Below, piece by piece: positions 1 through 11,750 of a stretch of DNA of 28,673 nt. The stretch lies in the NCBI RefSeq assembly GCF_006345805.1, contig NW_021833315.1, forward strand, positions 1 to 28,673, in the 5' to 3' direction. This stretch comes from Octopus sinensis (Eukaryota). Positions within the stretch are counted from its first letter, which is position 1, and every line of letters starts with the position of its first letter. Below the pieces are notes generated by a model that saw only the letters and a list, made by a program, of their open reading frames with translations, was not told the origin of the DNA and did no database searches. The position numbers were made by a program, and so were the translations under genes.

Positions 1-94
1 GACCAGTGTATCCAGTCTTCACGTCATTTACCTTTGTGTGCCAGTAGCGCAGGGCCTGGAACTTACCTGCATTAAACTGCATGTTGTTGTCCTC
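1..94 (-). mobile_element. Fragment of CR1/L2-group LINE reverse transcriptase, cut by window edge
   Basis: Minus strand translates as [31 protein letters not shown], resembling the W..xNxMxFNxxKF motif after the RT core of CR1/L2-type LINEs; ends at a (TA)n tract. Confidence 0.6.
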
Positions 95-120
95 ATATAT
101 ATATGTATATATATATATGT

Positions 121-173
<53 letters not shown>

Positions 174-396
174 GTTTATATGTATATATGTATAGATATA
201 TGGATGTATGTGTATGTAGGTATGTATATGACTGGTGTAGGTATATATGTGTATATATATGTATATATATGTATATATATATATCTATATATATATATAT
301 GTATATATGTATATATATGTATATTATATGTATATATGTATATATATGTATATATGTATATATGTATATATATATATCTATATATATATATATATA

Positions 397-491
<95 letters not shown>
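95..491. repeat. (TA)n/(TG)n microsatellite containing one 70-bp complex motif (185-254)
   Basis: Direct reading; source of the spurious IYIY ORFs. Confidence 0.95.
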
Positions 492-493
<2 letters not shown>

Positions 494-585
494 GCATCGA
501 ACTCCCTTGATGATCAAGTGCCACGTATCAGAGGTGGGTTCACAAATTAGTGTAGCTCATTCAGTGGTGGTGCCCCAGCATGGCC

Positions 586-1938
586 CCATATCGGAGAGCC
601 TGCTGATCGACGCGATTAACTTCGCTAGGACGTTCTCCACCATCACCGAGGCCGAGCAAGATGTGATCCTCCATGCACGTAAGACTTTTCTTTTCCACGA
701 CGGATCCCACTGGATCAACAAAAAATCTGTGAGCCCCTTCGACGTCAGCATGGGTGCTAGCGACTCGGCTGAAATAAATGACCTTGTGGGCCTTTTCATC
801 CTCCATAGGCTGAAAACCCTATTCACAGGCCTCTCCGGTGGTCTTTACCGCGATGATGGCCTTTTTGCCCTCCACAAAATAAACCCCATGACCACGGATG
901 GGTTCTGGAAAAACCTTTACACTTTTTTTAAAAACTTAGGCCTTAGGATTACCTTAGAATCCAACTTAACCAAAGCTAACTTCCTTGACGTTACCCTCGA
1001 CTTAAAAACCTCACTTTATTACACGTACCATAAACCAAATGAATCCCTTAGATATATAGACATTAATTCTAACCACCCCAAAAATATATTAGACAACCTA
1101 GTGAAAAGTGTCTCAATTAGAATATCTAGCCTGTCCGCTACTGAAGATATCTTTAACGCCGCAGCCCCCTATTACAACGAGGCCCTGGCCCGCAGTGGCT
1201 TTAAAGATAAGATCACCTACAGTAGCATAGCCCCTAGCCAACCCAGGAAAAATAGGCGAAGACACATTAGCTGGTACAACCCCCCCCCCCCTTCAACCGT
1301 GAGGTCGCTACACCTGTAGCTAAAATTTTCTTCACTCTCCTACAAAAACACTTCCCCACCCAACATAAGTACTATACAATCCTAAATAAGAACACCATTA
1401 GACTCTCCTACTCCACCACGCCCAATCTAGCCAGGAACCTAGCCAACAATAACGTGAAAAAACTTAATAAATCTACTTTTTCCGAGGCCCATCCAACATC
1501 CGAAAGCAATTGCAACTGCCCTGATAAAACCACTTGCCCCCTCAACAACAACTCGTCTACACATGCGAGGTACGATCAGGCCCCGATGATGAAAGAAAAT
1601 CGTACATCGGAATGACGTCAAACAGCTTTAAGACTCGTTGGTACGCCCACACACATTCGTTCCGGCGACCTGACAAATCTAACCAAACTACTCTCGCCGC
1701 CCACATCTGGTACCTTAAAAGGAACTCCATCCCCTTCAAGATCACGTGGAGACTACTACAGAGGGCGCGTTCGTACACAGGAGGCCATACCTGCTGTGAC
1801 CTTTGCATTTCTGAGAGCCTGGAGATCTTGTTCGCCAAAGGCCCTCTCCTCAACAAGATCTCGGAACACTCCCCAAATTGTATGCACAAAATTTATGCAA
1901 ACTACAAAAACTACAGACCCACCCGGCAACCCGATTGA
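586..1938 (+). pseudogene. Penelope RT + GIY-YIG endonuclease ORF, two frameshifts
   Basis: ORFs 507..1319 and 1534..1938 plus the bridging frame 1292-1550. Homology starts at PISESLL (~586); the N-terminal part of ORF 507 is unrelated flank. Confidence 0.85.
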
Positions 1939-2153
1939 CGACACCCCACCCACAACCCCCACCCCACCGTTCCCTCAACACCCCCAATTACCTTCTCTCC
2001 TAAGACTATTCACATATTGTATGTGTACACATGTATATATGTATAGATATGTATGGGTGTAGGTATGGATATACGTATGTATGTGTGTGCGTGTATTTAC
2101 ATACGTGTGTGTATGTATGTATGTATATGTGTATATATATGTGTATGTATATG

Positions 2154-2198
<45 letters not shown>

Positions 2199-2482
2199 GC
2201 TTGTGTGTTTATGTATATGTAGGTATGTAGATTTATGTGTATGTGTATGTATGTAGGTATATATGTGTAAATAGGTATACATGTGTATGTTTATATGTAT
2301 GTATCCGTCTGTATGATGGGTAATTGCACATATATATATTTATTATTTATTATTTGAGTATGCATGTATGTATATATGTATATGTTTGTATGCATGTATG
2401 TATTTATGTATATATAGATGCGCGTGTGTGTATGCGTATGTGTATTGGTATATATATGTGTATTTGTGTGCGTTCGCGTGTG

Positions 2483-2538
<56 letters not shown>

Positions 2539-2926
2539 TATATGCCTGTATACCTCTGTGTGGATGTATGTATGTATATGGGTGTGCGTACGGATGTATA
2601 TGTATGTGTATGTAGATGTGTGTGTATGTATATGTATGTGTATATATATATATATACATGTGTGTATATATGTGTGTGTGTATATATGTGTGTATATATG
2701 TATGGGTATATATGTGTATATGTATGTATGTGTATGTGTGTATATGTATGGACTTGTTGGGTTTCTTTTTTATATATGTAGATAGATGTGTGTGCGTGTA
2801 TGTGCGTAGATATGCGTATGTGTATTAGTATGTGCATGTGTATATATATGTGTATGTATATGTATAGATATATGGATGTATGTGTATGTAGGTATGTATA
2901 TGACTGGTGTAGGTATATATGTGTAT
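586..2926 (+). mobile_element. Penelope-like retroelement, Naiad/Chlamys-type, 5'-truncated, with TG/TA-rich 3' region
   Basis: RT motifs FDVSMGASDSAEINDLVG, YRDDGL, NFLDVTLDL, WYNPP(F). After a frameshift in the poly-C at 1280-1291 the frame continues FNREVATPVAKIFFTLLQKHFP...IRLSYSTTPNL...CNCPDKTTCPLN. A second frameshift near 1550 leads to GIY-YIG (LVYTC...SYIGMT...FKTRW...H...CCDLCISE), stop at 1936-1938. Confidence 0.9.
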
Positions 2927-3506
2927 GTATATGTAGGTATATGCGTGCGTGTATGTATATATATATATATATATATAGTTTACTCATTTGATAAATATAA
3001 TGTGTAATAAGAGGCAAAGTTCATTCCATTTACATCCTAGATTTGGAAATATTTTGTGACTTCTGATCTATGTCCCTGCCATAGAACAGATTACATGATG
3101 TTGAGATTCCATGTGTGACATCCAACTCTGTAGGATACAAGATTCAGGTTTAATTCTGTTTTCAGAACCATAAAGAGATAGGTGAAAAGGGAAAATAAAA
3201 AATCCAAAACTAGATGGGAAATGGGGAGTATATGATATGCTAGAGAAATAAGCTGTAAAGGTAGTGCTCAAGGTTACATATCAGGAGATAGTAGGATTAT
3301 GGTGAAAGGAGAAAATACATGAAGATGGAGAACATGATGTTGGACATCATGCAGGCTTACCATTTGACCTCCATTTTTTGCATTGCTGTTCTTATCCAAC
3401 AAAGGGTAAAATTAATTAATTAAGAAGTAATCAATAATTTCACCAAGTAGATTTCAGCATGAAAAAGGACCATTTCACGGTAAACTTAAGTAATACTTTA
3501 TAATTA

Positions 3507-3653
3507 GGGTTCAGCAAAGATATGCTTTACCACATACCGAAGTTTGGAAATAGTTTTTCTGGGAGTTCTTTTTAAAGTAGAAGAAATAGCTAAGGTTTTT
3601 TGGCTGCTATTTCTAAACTTTGGTATGTGGTAAGGCATATCTTTGCTGAACCC
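3507..3653. repeat. 47-bp inverted repeat with 53-nt spacer
   Basis: Arms 3507-3553 and 3607-3653, 44/47 Watson-Crick; the three mismatches are G-T type on the + strand. Confidence 0.9.
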
Positions 3654-4358
3654 GAATTCAAACTGTTGCTGACTTCCTACGAAAAATGAATCCAAGTTAA
3701 GCAATCTAAATTTAATTTCATCCCGTACCTACCTACTTATCTATCTGCAATTGATCTGATCTTTTAGTTAGCCCTGTTTTATCTCTATTATTATTGTTAT
3801 GACTTGTGTAATGCAGCCTCACGCCTCGTGTTTTTTAATGTGTACATATAATTCTATAGTTCATCTTAATTATATATCGTTGTCTCATGTCTTGTGTTAA
3901 ATATATATTTAATCTTATAGCTTGCCCCTAATTTTATCGATCCGTCTCACGCCTCGTAGATATAGAATAAATGTATTTATAATTTATAGCTCTTTATCAC
4001 TCACGCTTCTCCCATAGATTAGGCAAAATTTAGGTATTTATACCAACTAATAACTATTTCTCTCCTAAGAAAGGAATGGCTGCCGGTTTTCGCGGTGCAC
4101 CCGCCCTCCCACCCCCTCCACCGGTACAGGAAGTCCTGAATTTTCCATCCTTGTCTCCCTTGTACACTTCAAAGTCTTACGCCACCCCACCTCCTTCCAT
4201 AAAAGGTAGTGGTCATTCATTGCAAGATATGTTTAGTGTTGTGTACGCGGTTTGAACTTAAGTTCTATTGTTTGTCTATGAATCCTGCCAAACGCGAGTT
4301 TTCTTTTCAGGTCCATGACGCTACTAGGGCCAATACCACCCCCACCCCCACCCCCACC

Positions 4359-7300
4359 CTCAGGGTTGGCACCCTCAACGTTGGCACACTGAAAGGCAGA
4401 TCTGGCGAGATCGTTGAATTGCTTGAACGGAGGTGTGTTGATATATGCTGCATTCAAGAAGTGAGGTGGAGAGGAGGTTCTGCTAGGTTCCTCACAGGCA
4501 AAGGACAGAGGTACAAGATTTTCTGGGCTGGGAATACTGACGGGGTCGGGGGTGTGTGGCATGCTTATCGCCGAAAAATGGGTAGATAGGGTAATCGAGG
4601 TAGTCAGAGTATGTGACAGAATAATTAAGATTAGTAGTGCTCCATCATAGTTTAGCAACTATTATATCGGCCTATGCCCCTCAGCCAGGGCTACCTGATG
4701 GACAGAAAGACTGTTTCTATGACACCCTACTGCAGACACATCATTGACGAACGACAGGACCTTCTCTTTGTAGCTGGTGACTTCAATGGGCATGTTGGAC
4801 GATGTGCTGGGGGATTCCATGGCGTGCATGGAGGCTACGGTTATGGTTCCCGCAACGAGGAGGGAACCAGGCTGCTGGAGTTCTGCGATGCGAATAGTCT
4901 TATGGTTTGCAACACTAACTTCAGGAAACCGACAAGCCACCTGGTCACCTAGCGATCGGGCCGGCATACTAGCCAAATCGACTACATCCTTGCCAGAAAA
5001 AGGGAAAGGTGGCTGCTTATAAATGCCAAAACCTTCCCAGGCGAAGAATGCACCCCACAACATAGACTGGTAGTTAGTGACTTTAGGATCAGGACTAAGA
5101 GGGTGACTAGAAGACGACCAACATGGAGAAGAAGGGTCTGGAAGCTTAAAGACCCTGCGAATGGACAGAGATTTAGAGACATGTTACTTGAAGCCTTTGA
5201 CGAAATGGAAGGGGGTATAGCTACGCATGGGGTAGAAGACAACTGGACGCTTCTGAGGGACAACCTGCTGAAAGCCACTGACCAGATCTGTGGCTGGTGC
5301 AAAGTCCCCTTAAGACCCAAAATAACGTGGTGGTGGAACATATTGTTGACAGGGCTATTAGACAAAAGAAACAGGCTTGGAAGGCCTGGAAGAACGGTGG
5401 TAGCAGGGAAGTGTATCAGACTGCCAGAAGGGAAGCTAGGAGACAGGTCTATCTAGCCAGAGGGGAGGCAGATAAGGAAAAATTTGCCAATGTCCTGCGC
5501 CGTGAGGATGAAAGACTTGAGGTATTTCGTGTTGCAAGACAGTGTGTGAGAGAGAATCGTGACGTGGTAGGAGAGAAATGTGTTCGCAAGGATGACGGTT
5601 CACTTGCGCTAAATGAGGATGCAAAGAGAGAGGCTTGGAGACGCCACTATGAAAGGTTGCTGAATGAGGAAAATGAATAGGATAAAGAGAGTCTGCCGAA
5701 TGTCGACCCAACAGAGGGACCAGCAATCCGAGTTAACAGTTCCTTAGTAGATAAGGCAATTAGAAGCATGAAAACAGGGAAAGCCCCAGGCCCATCAGGA
5801 ATTACTGCAGAGATGCTCAAAATATCTGGTAGTGTCGGCTATAGCTTAGTCACCCGTATAGTTAACCAGGTGATACACGAAGGAGTCATACCCAATGACT
5901 GGTGTAGCAGCATAATAGTCAACTGCTACAAAGGTAAAGGCGACGCCCTAGATACAAATAACTACAGGGGCATCAAGCTGCTGGATCAGGTAATGAAGGT
6001 TACGGAGAGGGTTATAGCCCAATTAATTAGAGAGAGAGTTAGCTTAGATGATATGCAGTTTGGGTTCGTGCCAGGGAAAAGTACTACTGATGCTATATTC
6101 CTGGTAAGACAGCTGCAGGAGAAATACCTAGCCAAAGATAAGCCCTTGTACCTGGCTTTTGTTGACTTGGAGAAAGCCTTTGACAGGGTCCCCCGATCCC
6201 TTATCTGGTGGTCAATGAGGAAACTAGGGATAGATGAATGGTTAGTGAGAGCTGTGCAAGCCATGTACAGAGACGCAGCTAGTAAGGTGAGGGTTGGCAA
6301 CGAGTACAGTGAAGAATTCCGGGTAGAGGTTGGGGTCCACCAAGGTTCAGTCCTCAGTCCCCTCCTATTTATCATAGTCCTCCAGGCAATAACGGAGGAA
6401 TTCAAGACAGGATGCCCCTGGGAGCTCCTCTATGCTGATGACCTTGCTCTAATTGCTGAGTCACTATCAGAACTGGAGGAGAAGTTTCAGGTGTGGAAAC
6501 AAGGATTAGAATCGAAGGGCCTTAGAATCAACCTAGCCAAAACCAAAGTCCTAATAAGTAGGAAGGTGGACCAATCACAAACGACTTCAGGTAGATGGCC
6601 CTGCTCGATCTGTAAAAAAGGTGTAGGTAGAAATTCTATAAGGTGCACCAAGTGTAAGCTATGGACACATAAGAGGTGCAGCAATGTCAAAGGAAGGCTA
6701 ACTAGGAAAATAGTTTGTGGCAGATGCTCAGGAGCAATAAACACTGGAAATGTGCAGAGACCAACTTCTACCACGTTCCAGGTAGACAAACTAGAAGTAG
6801 TTGATAGCTTCCGCTACCTAGGAGACAAAGTCAGTAGCGGGGGTGGGTGTGCTGAAAGTGTAACTGCGAGAGTAAGAATAGCCTGGGCAAAGTTTAGAGA
6901 GCTCTTACCCCTGCTGGTGACAAAAGGCCTCTCGCTCAGAGTAAAAGGCAGACTGTATGATGCATGTGTACATACAGCCATGCTACATGGTAGTGAAACA
7001 TGGGCCGTGACTGCTGCGGATATGCGGAAGCTCACAAGAAATGAAGCCAGTATGCTCCGATGGATGTGTAATGTCAGTGTTCATAATCGTCAGAGTGTAA
7101 GTACCTTGAGAGAAAAGTTGAACCTAAGAAGCGTCAGTTGTGGTGTGCAAGAGAGACGGCTGCGCTGGTATGGTCATGTGACAAGAATGGCTGAAGATAG
7201 TTGTGTGCAAAAGTGCTACACCCTAGCAGTTGAGGGAACCTGTGGAAGAGGTAGACCCGGGAAAACCTGGGTCGAGGTGGTGAAGCACGACCTTCGAACT

Positions 7301-7378
7301 TTAGGTCTCACCAAGGAAATGACTAGAGACCGAGACCTATGGAAGTATGCTGTGCGTGAGAAGACCCGGCAAGACTAG
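4359..7378 (+). pseudogene. RTE EN-RT ORF with lesions; 3' part (5681-7378) is open
   Basis: Frameshifts around 4560-4700 and ~5340; in-frame TAG at 4950-4952 and 5678-5680; ORF 5768..7378 is uninterrupted. Confidence 0.9.
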
Positions 7379-8460
7379 TCAGGCCATAACCCGTGGCCCC
7401 TACCAGGGACGTAGTCAGTCCACCTGTGCATACCTTCCTTCTTGTTACACTTGTGAAGACCTGTTGAGGCAAGTGAAAATCAAAACAAATCAAAATAGAT
7501 GAACATCAATGGAATTTGTATCTTTGTGGTACCAGTGCCGGTGGCACACAAGAAAACCATCCGAACGTGGCTGTAGCCAGTACCGCATTGACTGGCTCCG
7601 TGCTGTGGGCACATAACAAACACCATCCGATCGTGGCCGTTCGCCAGCCTCATCTGGCACCTGTGTCGGTGACACATAAAAATACCATCCGAAGACCCGG
7701 CAAGACTAGTCAGGCCATAACTCGTGGCCCCTACCTGGGACGTAGTCAGTCCACCTGTGCATACCTTCCTTCTTGTGACACTTGTGAAGACCTGTGAGGT
7801 AAGTGAAAATCAAATCAAATCAAACAAAATAGATGAACATCAATGGAATTTGTATCTTTGTGGTACCAGTGCCGGTGGCACACAAGAAAACCATCCGAAC
7901 GTGGCCGTAGCCAGTACCGCATCAACTGGCCTCCTTGCTGTGGGCACGTAACAAACACCATCCGATCGTGGCCGTTCGCCAGCCTCATCTGGCACCTGTG
8001 TCGGTGGCACATAAAAACACCATCCGAAGACCCGGCAAGACTAGTCAGGCCATAACCCGTGGCCCCTACCTGGGACGTAGTCAGTCCACCTGTGCATACC
8101 TTCCTTCTTGTGACACTTGTGAAGACCTGTTGAGGCAAGTGAAAATCAAATCAAATCAAAACAAATCGAAATAGATGAACATCAATGGAATTTGTATCTT
8201 TGTGGTACAAGAAAACCATCCGAACGTGGCCGTAGCCAGTACCGCATCAACTGGCCTCCTTGCTGTGGGCACGTAACAAACACCATCCGATCGTGGCCGT
8301 TCGCCAGCCTCATCTGGCACCTGTGTCGGTGGCACATAAAAACACCATCCGAGCGTGGCCGTCTGCCAGCCTCGTCTGGCACCTGTGTCGGTGGCACATA
8401 AAAAACACCATCTGAGCGTGGCCGTTTGCCAGCCTCATCTGGCACCTGTGTCGGTGGCAC
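7363..8460 (+). repeat. Tandem amplification of the RTE 3' end: three ~330-bp units, then ~58-bp subrepeats
   Basis: AGACCCGGCAAGACTAGTCAGGCCATAAC recurs at ~7363, 7693 and 8028; GCCAGCCTCATCTGGCACCTGTGTCGGTGGCACATAAAA recurs three times in 8300-8465. Confidence 0.93.
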
Positions 8461-8829
8461 ATAAAATCACCCACTACACTCTTGGAGTGGTTGGCGTTAG
8501 GAAGGGCATCCAGCTGTAGAAACTCTGCCAGATCTGACTGGCCTGGTGCAGCCTTCGGGCTCCCCAGACCCCAGTTGAACCGTCCAACCCATGCTAGCAT
8601 GGAAAGTGGACGTTAAATGATGATGTATGTTATATGTGTTTGTAAGTCCTGGTGTTTTTGTTATGTATTTGTCTGAATATTTTTTTGTTGTTGTTATTAG
8701 TATTATTATATCATTGTTATTATTATGTTGTTGTTGTTGTTGTTGTTATTATTATTATTATTGTTTATTATATTATAATTGATATTATTATTTATCATTA
8801 AATTGTTGTTGTTGTTATTATTATTATTA

Positions 8830-9019
8830 GGGCAGCAAGCTGGCAGAATCGTTAGCCCGGCAGGCAAGATGCTTTGGGGTATTTTGTCTGCTACATTCTG
8901 AGTTCCACTGAGCTTGACTTTGCCTTTCGTCCTTTCGGGGTCAATAAAATGAGTACCAGTGAAACACTGTGAAACCTCTCCCCACCAAATTTCAGGTCTT
9001 GTGCCTGTAGTAGAAAGGG
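8830..9019 (+). mobile_element. tRNA-derived SINE, diverged copy of the family with a Deu/Nin-like core
   Basis: Head GGCAGCAAGCTGGCAGAATCGTTAGC, core TTTGCCTTTCGTCCTTTCGGGGTCAATAAAATGAGTACCAG; the superfamily label is recalled, not searched. Confidence 0.75.
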
Positions 9020-9104
9020 TATTGATACTGTTTCTATTGCCAATTGCAAAAAAAAAAAAATTATAAAAAAAACTGGATATAGGTAAATTAAGTAAATGTG
9101 ATTG

Positions 9105-9480
9105 GAGGAGAGATAGAAAAGAATAGAAAAAAAGAGAGAGAAGGACAAAGAGCGAGAGGAGATAGAGAGGGGAGAAAGAAAGAGAGGAGTGACAGGAGGA
9201 GATAGAAAGCGAAAGACAAGAGAGGAAAGAGAAGATAGAGAGGGGGAGAGAGAGAAGATAGAGAAGGGGAGAGAAAAGATAGAGAGGGGGAGAGAGGAGA
9301 TAGAGAAGGGGAGAGAGAATGGGAGGAGATAGAAAGCGAAAGACAAGAGGGGAAAGAGATAGAGAGGGGGAGAGAGGAGATAGAGAAGGGGAGAAAGAAA
9401 GATGAGTGACAGGAGGAGGAGATAGAAAGCGAAAGACAAGAGGGGAGAGGAAGACAGAGAGGGGGAGAGAGAGAAGAGAA
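9105..9480. repeat. GA-rich polypurine low-complexity tract
   Basis: Direct reading; source of ORF 8891..9496. Confidence 0.9.
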
Positions 9481-9550
9481 GCAGTTGAGTTAGCAAGAAA
9501 GTACCTGAGAAAGGTGTGTCAATGAAGCCTCATTCACTTCCTTGAAACTG

Positions 9551-9556
9551 TATAAA
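9551..9556 (+). promoter_or_regulatory. Candidate TATA box of TNF-like copy A
   Basis: TATAAA about 40 nt before the ATG at 9590; conserved in the paralogue at 23020-23025. Confidence 0.5.
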
Positions 9557-9865
9557 GCCGACTTAAATTAAATCTCAAAATACATTACAATGATGCCTTG
9601 TGGAGGTACTGAAGCAGCTGATCAAGGGACTGATCAAAAAAGAAAACATTAGAACTATACTAAAATGCCATTAACAAAAAAGGAAGTACTAATAGTATTA
9701 TGTGTACTAATAGTATTATGTATAGTGATCATGTTGCAGCAGTAACTCAGGTAAATTCTTTTTATTTACTTTCGACAAAGGTGCCGAGTAGGCAGAACGG
9801 TCAGAACTCCACCAACGACTTTTGTTTCCTCATAACTTGCAGTCAAATGGATTTGTTTTACTCTC

Positions 9866-10202
9866 TTTTTTTTTACTCTTTTTTTACTCTTTTACTTGTT
9901 TCAGTCATTTGACTGCGGCCATGCTGAAGCACCACCTTTTTTAGTCGAGCAAATCGACCCCGGGACTTATTCTTTGTAAGTCCAGGACTTATTCTATCAG
10001 TCTCTAAGTGACAGGAGACGTAAACACACCAGCATTGGTTGACAAGCAATGCTAGGGGGACAGACACACACACACATATATATATATACATATATACGAC
10101 AGGCTTCTCTCAGTTTCCATCTACCAAATCTACTCACAAGGCATTGGTCAGCCTGGGGCTATAGCAGAAGACACTTTCCCAAGATGCCATGCAGTGGGAC
10201 TG
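9866..10202 (-). mobile_element. tRNA-derived SINE (octopus-type, family 2), 5' head missing
   Basis: Matches the complete copies at 13597-13959 and 19123-19518; (TTTTACTC)n tail at left. Confidence 0.85.
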
Positions 10203-11100
10203 TTTTTTCCCATTAAGTACTGATAGTCTTTTATTTATTTTCATTTATATATTTGTTTCAGTCATTTAGTATATTACTAAAAGAAAACTAGTCAACAAGC
10301 ACACACACACATACAGTCATATAACACAATTTCTCTTTTACCTGCTTTTGAAATTTCAACTTCTATTCTGTAGTTATATGTAATGTGTACAAGTCCACCA
10401 AAAGTTTATTCCCATTAAGTACTGATAGTCTTTTATTTATTTTCATTTATATATTTGTTTCAGTCATTTAATATATTACTAAAAGAAAACTAGTCAACAA
10501 GCACACACACACATACAGTCATATAACACAATTTCTCTTTTACCTGCTTTTGAAATTTCAACTTCTATTCTGTAGTTATATGTAATGTGTACAAGTCCAC
10601 CAAAAGTTTATTCCCATTAAGTACTGATAGTCTTTTATTTATTTTCATTTATATTGTTTCAGTCATTTAATAAATTACTAAAAGAAAACTAGTCAACAAG
10701 CACACACACACATACAGTCATATAACACAATTTCTCTTTTACCTGCTTTTGAAATTTCAACTTCTATTCTGTAGATATATGTAATGTGTACAAGTCCACC
10801 ACAGTTTTTTTCCCATTAAATACTGATAGTCTTTTTATTATTTTCATTTATATATTTGTTTCAGTCATTTAGTATATTACTAAAAGAAAACTAGTCAACA
10901 AGCACACACACATACAGTAATATGTCACAAACTTCTATTCTGTACATATATGTAATGTGTACGAGTCCTCCAAAGTTTTTTCCCATTAAGTACCAAAAGT
11001 CTGTATTTATTTTCATTTATATATTTGTTTCAGTCATTTAGTATATTACTAAAAGAAAACTAGTCAGCAAGCACACACACATACTGTCATTGTCACAATT
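10203..11100. repeat. ~200-bp tandem repeat, about 4.5 units
   Basis: CCCATTAAGTACTGATAGTC-type marker at ~10209, 10411, 10613, 10812 and 10982. Confidence 0.93.
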
Positions 11101-11519
11101 TGATGTCGATGTCACTTATTTTGGTTTGAAATAAAGCGCTTGATCACTTAATAATCCTAACTTAATCCTGAGCAATGCTGGGCTATACTGATATTATATA
11201 TATATTATATATATTATATATATATATATATATAAAAAACACAGGGAAGATAATCACCTCCACAGCAAATATAACCAGTGTCTTATAGATATCAGAATTA
11301 CACAAAACCATACTAGAATAGTTATAATGTGTCAGGTGGTCTATATTTAATCCCCACTAAGATTATTTTATAAAAGGTGGACACAAAGAAAAAATCCCTT
11401 CTCTGTAATTTTTACAGTCATTGGAGGTTCTTAAATTTTAAAAGATCCCGTTTTTCAAGGGAACATAAACAAACATCTTATATAGTTTTTTGTCTTAGGA
11501 TCTTTCTTCTGATGTTACT

Positions 11520-11750
11520 ACTAAGACCAAGTATTCTATTGAATCAGTAGATAAAAAATTTAATCCAGATACAACAAACATCTTTCAGCCTTCAGACACC
11601 ACAAGAAGAGACATGCAACAACCTTCTCCACATTAATCTGGAAGCTAAAGGATGACAACATCAGCTACAACATTAAATGTATTGGTACAAATATCAAGTC
11701 TGATCCAAGATTATAACAAGACAGTGTCAGTCTTGATACAATCATTAAAA
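11520..11750 (+). mobile_element. Degenerate Penelope (Naiad-type) GIY-YIG remnant
   Basis: One frame reads RYNKHLSAFRHHKKRHATTFSTLIWKLKDDNISYNIK, aligning with RWYAHTHSFRRPDKSNQTTLAAHIWYLKRNSIPFKIT of the element at 1534-1938. Confidence 0.65.

Larger units (their letters stand above)
4060..8625 (+). mobile_element. RTE-clade non-LTR retrotransposon, near full length, disrupted; 5' boundary approximate
   Basis: APE endonuclease motifs LRVGTLNVGTL..CIQEVRW, AGDFNGHVG, SQIDYIL, QHRLV; RT motifs QFGFVPGKSTTDAIF, FVDLEKAFDRV, GVHQGSVLSP, LYADDL, FRYLG; RTE C-terminus RRLRWYGHV..GRGRP..W; 3' tail ending in (TGA)n at ~8625. Confidence 0.93.
8624..9862 (+). repeat. Segmental duplication copy A (paralogous to 22203-23562)
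   Basis: Same order in both copies: R4-like fragment, (TTA/TTG)n, SINE, A-run, GA-rich tract, TATA box, exon 1, intron start. Confidence 0.93.

Noticed and set aside
38-550. Long ORFs rich in I/Y/V/C/M/H/T (also 2031-3017, 19520-19705, 23840-24055)
   Set aside because: Translations of (TA)n/(TG)n microsatellites.
1292-1938. Selenocysteine recoding, reported for some Naiad elements
   Set aside because: The conserved Cys positions here are TGC/TGT (CNC, CPL, CCDLC); the only TGA is the terminal stop after the domain ends.
4060-4200. HDV-like ribozyme in the RTE 5' UTR
   Set aside because: GC-rich with short pairings, but I could not build the nested double pseudoknot by eye; a descriptor search would be needed.
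7480-8600. Repeated ORFs MCHRHRCQMRLANG...
   Set aside because: Antisense or alternative frames of the RTE 3' tandem repeats; no domain features.
8891-9496. Hydrophobic L/S/F/P ORFs (also 22376-22902)
   Set aside because: Antisense reading of the GA-rich tract and SINE; not membrane proteins.
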